Program-made: the position numbers and the translations under genes | Source: Gonapodya sp. JEL0774 | Taxonomy: Eukaryota | Assembly (NCBI GenBank): GCA_027604505.1 | Contig: JADIIX010000011.1 | Location: 124,001 to 188,000, forward strand | Length of the DNA stretch: 64,000 bases | Reading direction: 5' to 3' | Part shown: piece after piece, positions 62,216 through 64,000 of the stretch | How positions within the stretch are numbered: the stretch's first letter is position 1 | Layout of the letters: every line of letters starts with the position of its first letter | Notes under the pieces: model-generated | The model's database searches: none | The model's input: only the letters and a program-made list of their open reading frames with translations | Told to the model about the DNA's origin: nothing

Positions 62216-62522
62216 CCAGCCTTATACCAAGAACACTCCGTGATAGAATAGATTACTAGAATCATTGGGGTGCAGCGGAGTGCTAACGACACATTTGAGT
62301 ATAAGTAAGTTCTTATCAGTTCTGTGCTGGTTTGGAGATGAGACCACAGCACCGAAGACGGAGTGCTTGGTCCAGAGACTGTGTTCGACGTGTCCACGCA
62401 CAACTCGTGGAGAACTTCCATCACATCGGAACCCCAGACACTGAACCGTCAATTCCTCTGGGGACCGTCAAAACTGCTCTCAACACCTGCTTCGTTTCAA
62501 CTTCTCCCCTTGTCTTTGTGTG

Positions 62523-64000
62523 ATGCTCTCGTCTTCAAACGCACGTGGTGTTCTCAGCGCTTGCCACAGAACTCAGATCCGACACCGTGCTACTTCGTTG
62601 GAAACTACATCGCAAAGCTCTCAACGTGCTCACATATCCTCACGGTCCCGGCGGTGGCCAACTCAACCTGCCGCTACCATCCGTAGACCAGACCTTCGAA
62701 CTTTCACATCGGGTGCCGTCAATGATTCCCAAACTCCCCGTAGCTCATCAGAACACCCCTTCAGCATATCCAAACGTTCTCACACTCAAAAATTTTCCGC
62801 ACCCGTGACCCTCTCCCTCCGTCGTGGTTACGCTAGTGTCAAGGACGACCCTCCTCAAGACGACAAGTCATCGAAGAAGCCCACTGAGAAGCCCAAGGTT
62901 GTTCCAAAGGGCTTTGAAAACTTCTTCGACTCCAATTCGTCTTCCTCAAAACCCAAGGAAGTTTCAGATGAGACAGAGTCGGGCTCGGCGGCTCCTCCGC
63001 GTTCGACGAATGCCGACGAGCAAGACAAGGATGGCAAAAAGGAAAAGGATGAATCGGAACAAGAAGAGCGGAAAAGGAGCGATGGTGAGTCGGAATTGGC
63101 GGTTGCCTATTCGCGGGCATCACGGTAGCGTGGAGAACACAGCTGAGGAGCCAGCGGGGAATGTAATTTCTCGTTCCATGATGCCCATAATTCGGAGTCA
63201 ACTAGGGGAGCGGGATACTGCATTTGCAGCTGAGTCTCTAATGATCATTCATCGACTCTCTTAACCTTTAGGCTCCAAACGTCAAACCCCACCACCTCCG
63301 AATAGTCCATATGAAATTACCCCGCAAACCATTCTCTACTTTGGTCTTCCCGCAGCCTACATTGCGTACCAGTACCTCGCTGCAGGCGATGGTAGTACCC
63401 AAATTTCATGGCACGAGTTCCGCGTCAATATGCTCGAAAAAGGTTTCGTTGACCACCTTGTTGTGGTGAACAAGAATATGGTCAGGGTGTATTTGAGATC
63501 TGATGCACCCATGGTCAGGAGTGCAGGACCTGGAAACCTGGCTGGGGTGTCTCGATACTACTTCTCAATTGGTGGGTGGTTCTTGTCCTCTCTGACCTCT
63601 AAAATTTCAATCACACGTAATCTCGAATGTTCATGACAGGCTCGGTCGAATCTTTTGAGCGTTCCCTCGAACTTGCCCAACGCGAGCTTGGCATCCCCCC
63701 ACGCGACCGGATTCCTGTCACCTACACTTCCGAAGTGTCCGCTGCCAGCATTGTACTCAACGTTGCGCCCACGCTTCTCCTTGTCGGTGTTCTCATCTGG
63801 CTTTCGAGGCGGGCCGCAGGTGGCGGTGGTGGTGGCAATCAGGGCATTTTTGGAATCGGCAAATCGAGAGCGAAGATGTTTAACCAGGAGCAAAATGTCA
63901 AGGTCAAGTTCAAGGACGTTGCAGGAATGGACGAAGCAAAGGAGGAGATCATGGAGTTTGTTAAATTCTTGAAAGACCCGGGCACATACGAGAGACTTGG
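62523..64000 (+). CDS. Mitochondrial m-AAA protease subunit (AFG3/YTA12 family), 3' truncated by the window
   Basis: Presequence, PKGFENFF, ISWHEFRVNMLEKGFVDHLVVVN, YYFSIG|SVESFERSL, VKFKDVAGMDEAKEEIMEFVKFLKDP. Confidence 0.95.

Noticed and set aside
1..64000. Transposons, viral inserts, rRNA, CRISPR arrays
   Set aside because: No RT/integrase/transposase motifs, terminal repeats, rRNA-like tracts or repeat-spacer arrays seen by eye.

Overview
Gene-dense, intron-rich eukaryotic DNA, most likely from a flagellated (zoosporic, chytrid-type) fungus: it combines fungal-type genes (Zds_C, MME1, Rgd1-like) with axonemal genes (CCDC40-like, SPATA17-like). About 27 protein-coding genes can be reconstructed by eye across short GT-AG introns. 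I found no transposons, CRISPR arrays, rRNA or tRNA genes. The most interesting signals are ones the ORF track misses: (1) a multi-intron transcription unit at ~28.2-28.95 kb whose spliced product carries RNase MRP-like P4 motifs and folds across exon junctions, but which also encodes a 73-aa ORF; (2) a two-hairpin H/ACA snoRNA candidate in a long LCP5/NGDN intron, with a plausible 18S target; (3) structured long introns in DRG1/RBG1; (4) 5-nt and 3-nt microexons that build the iron-site motif of a Rieske oxygenase; (5) a small protein with 10 Cys-Pro motifs; (6) two same-strand genes only 2 nt apart. All family assignments come from recalled motifs, not database searches, and exon boundaries are manual.
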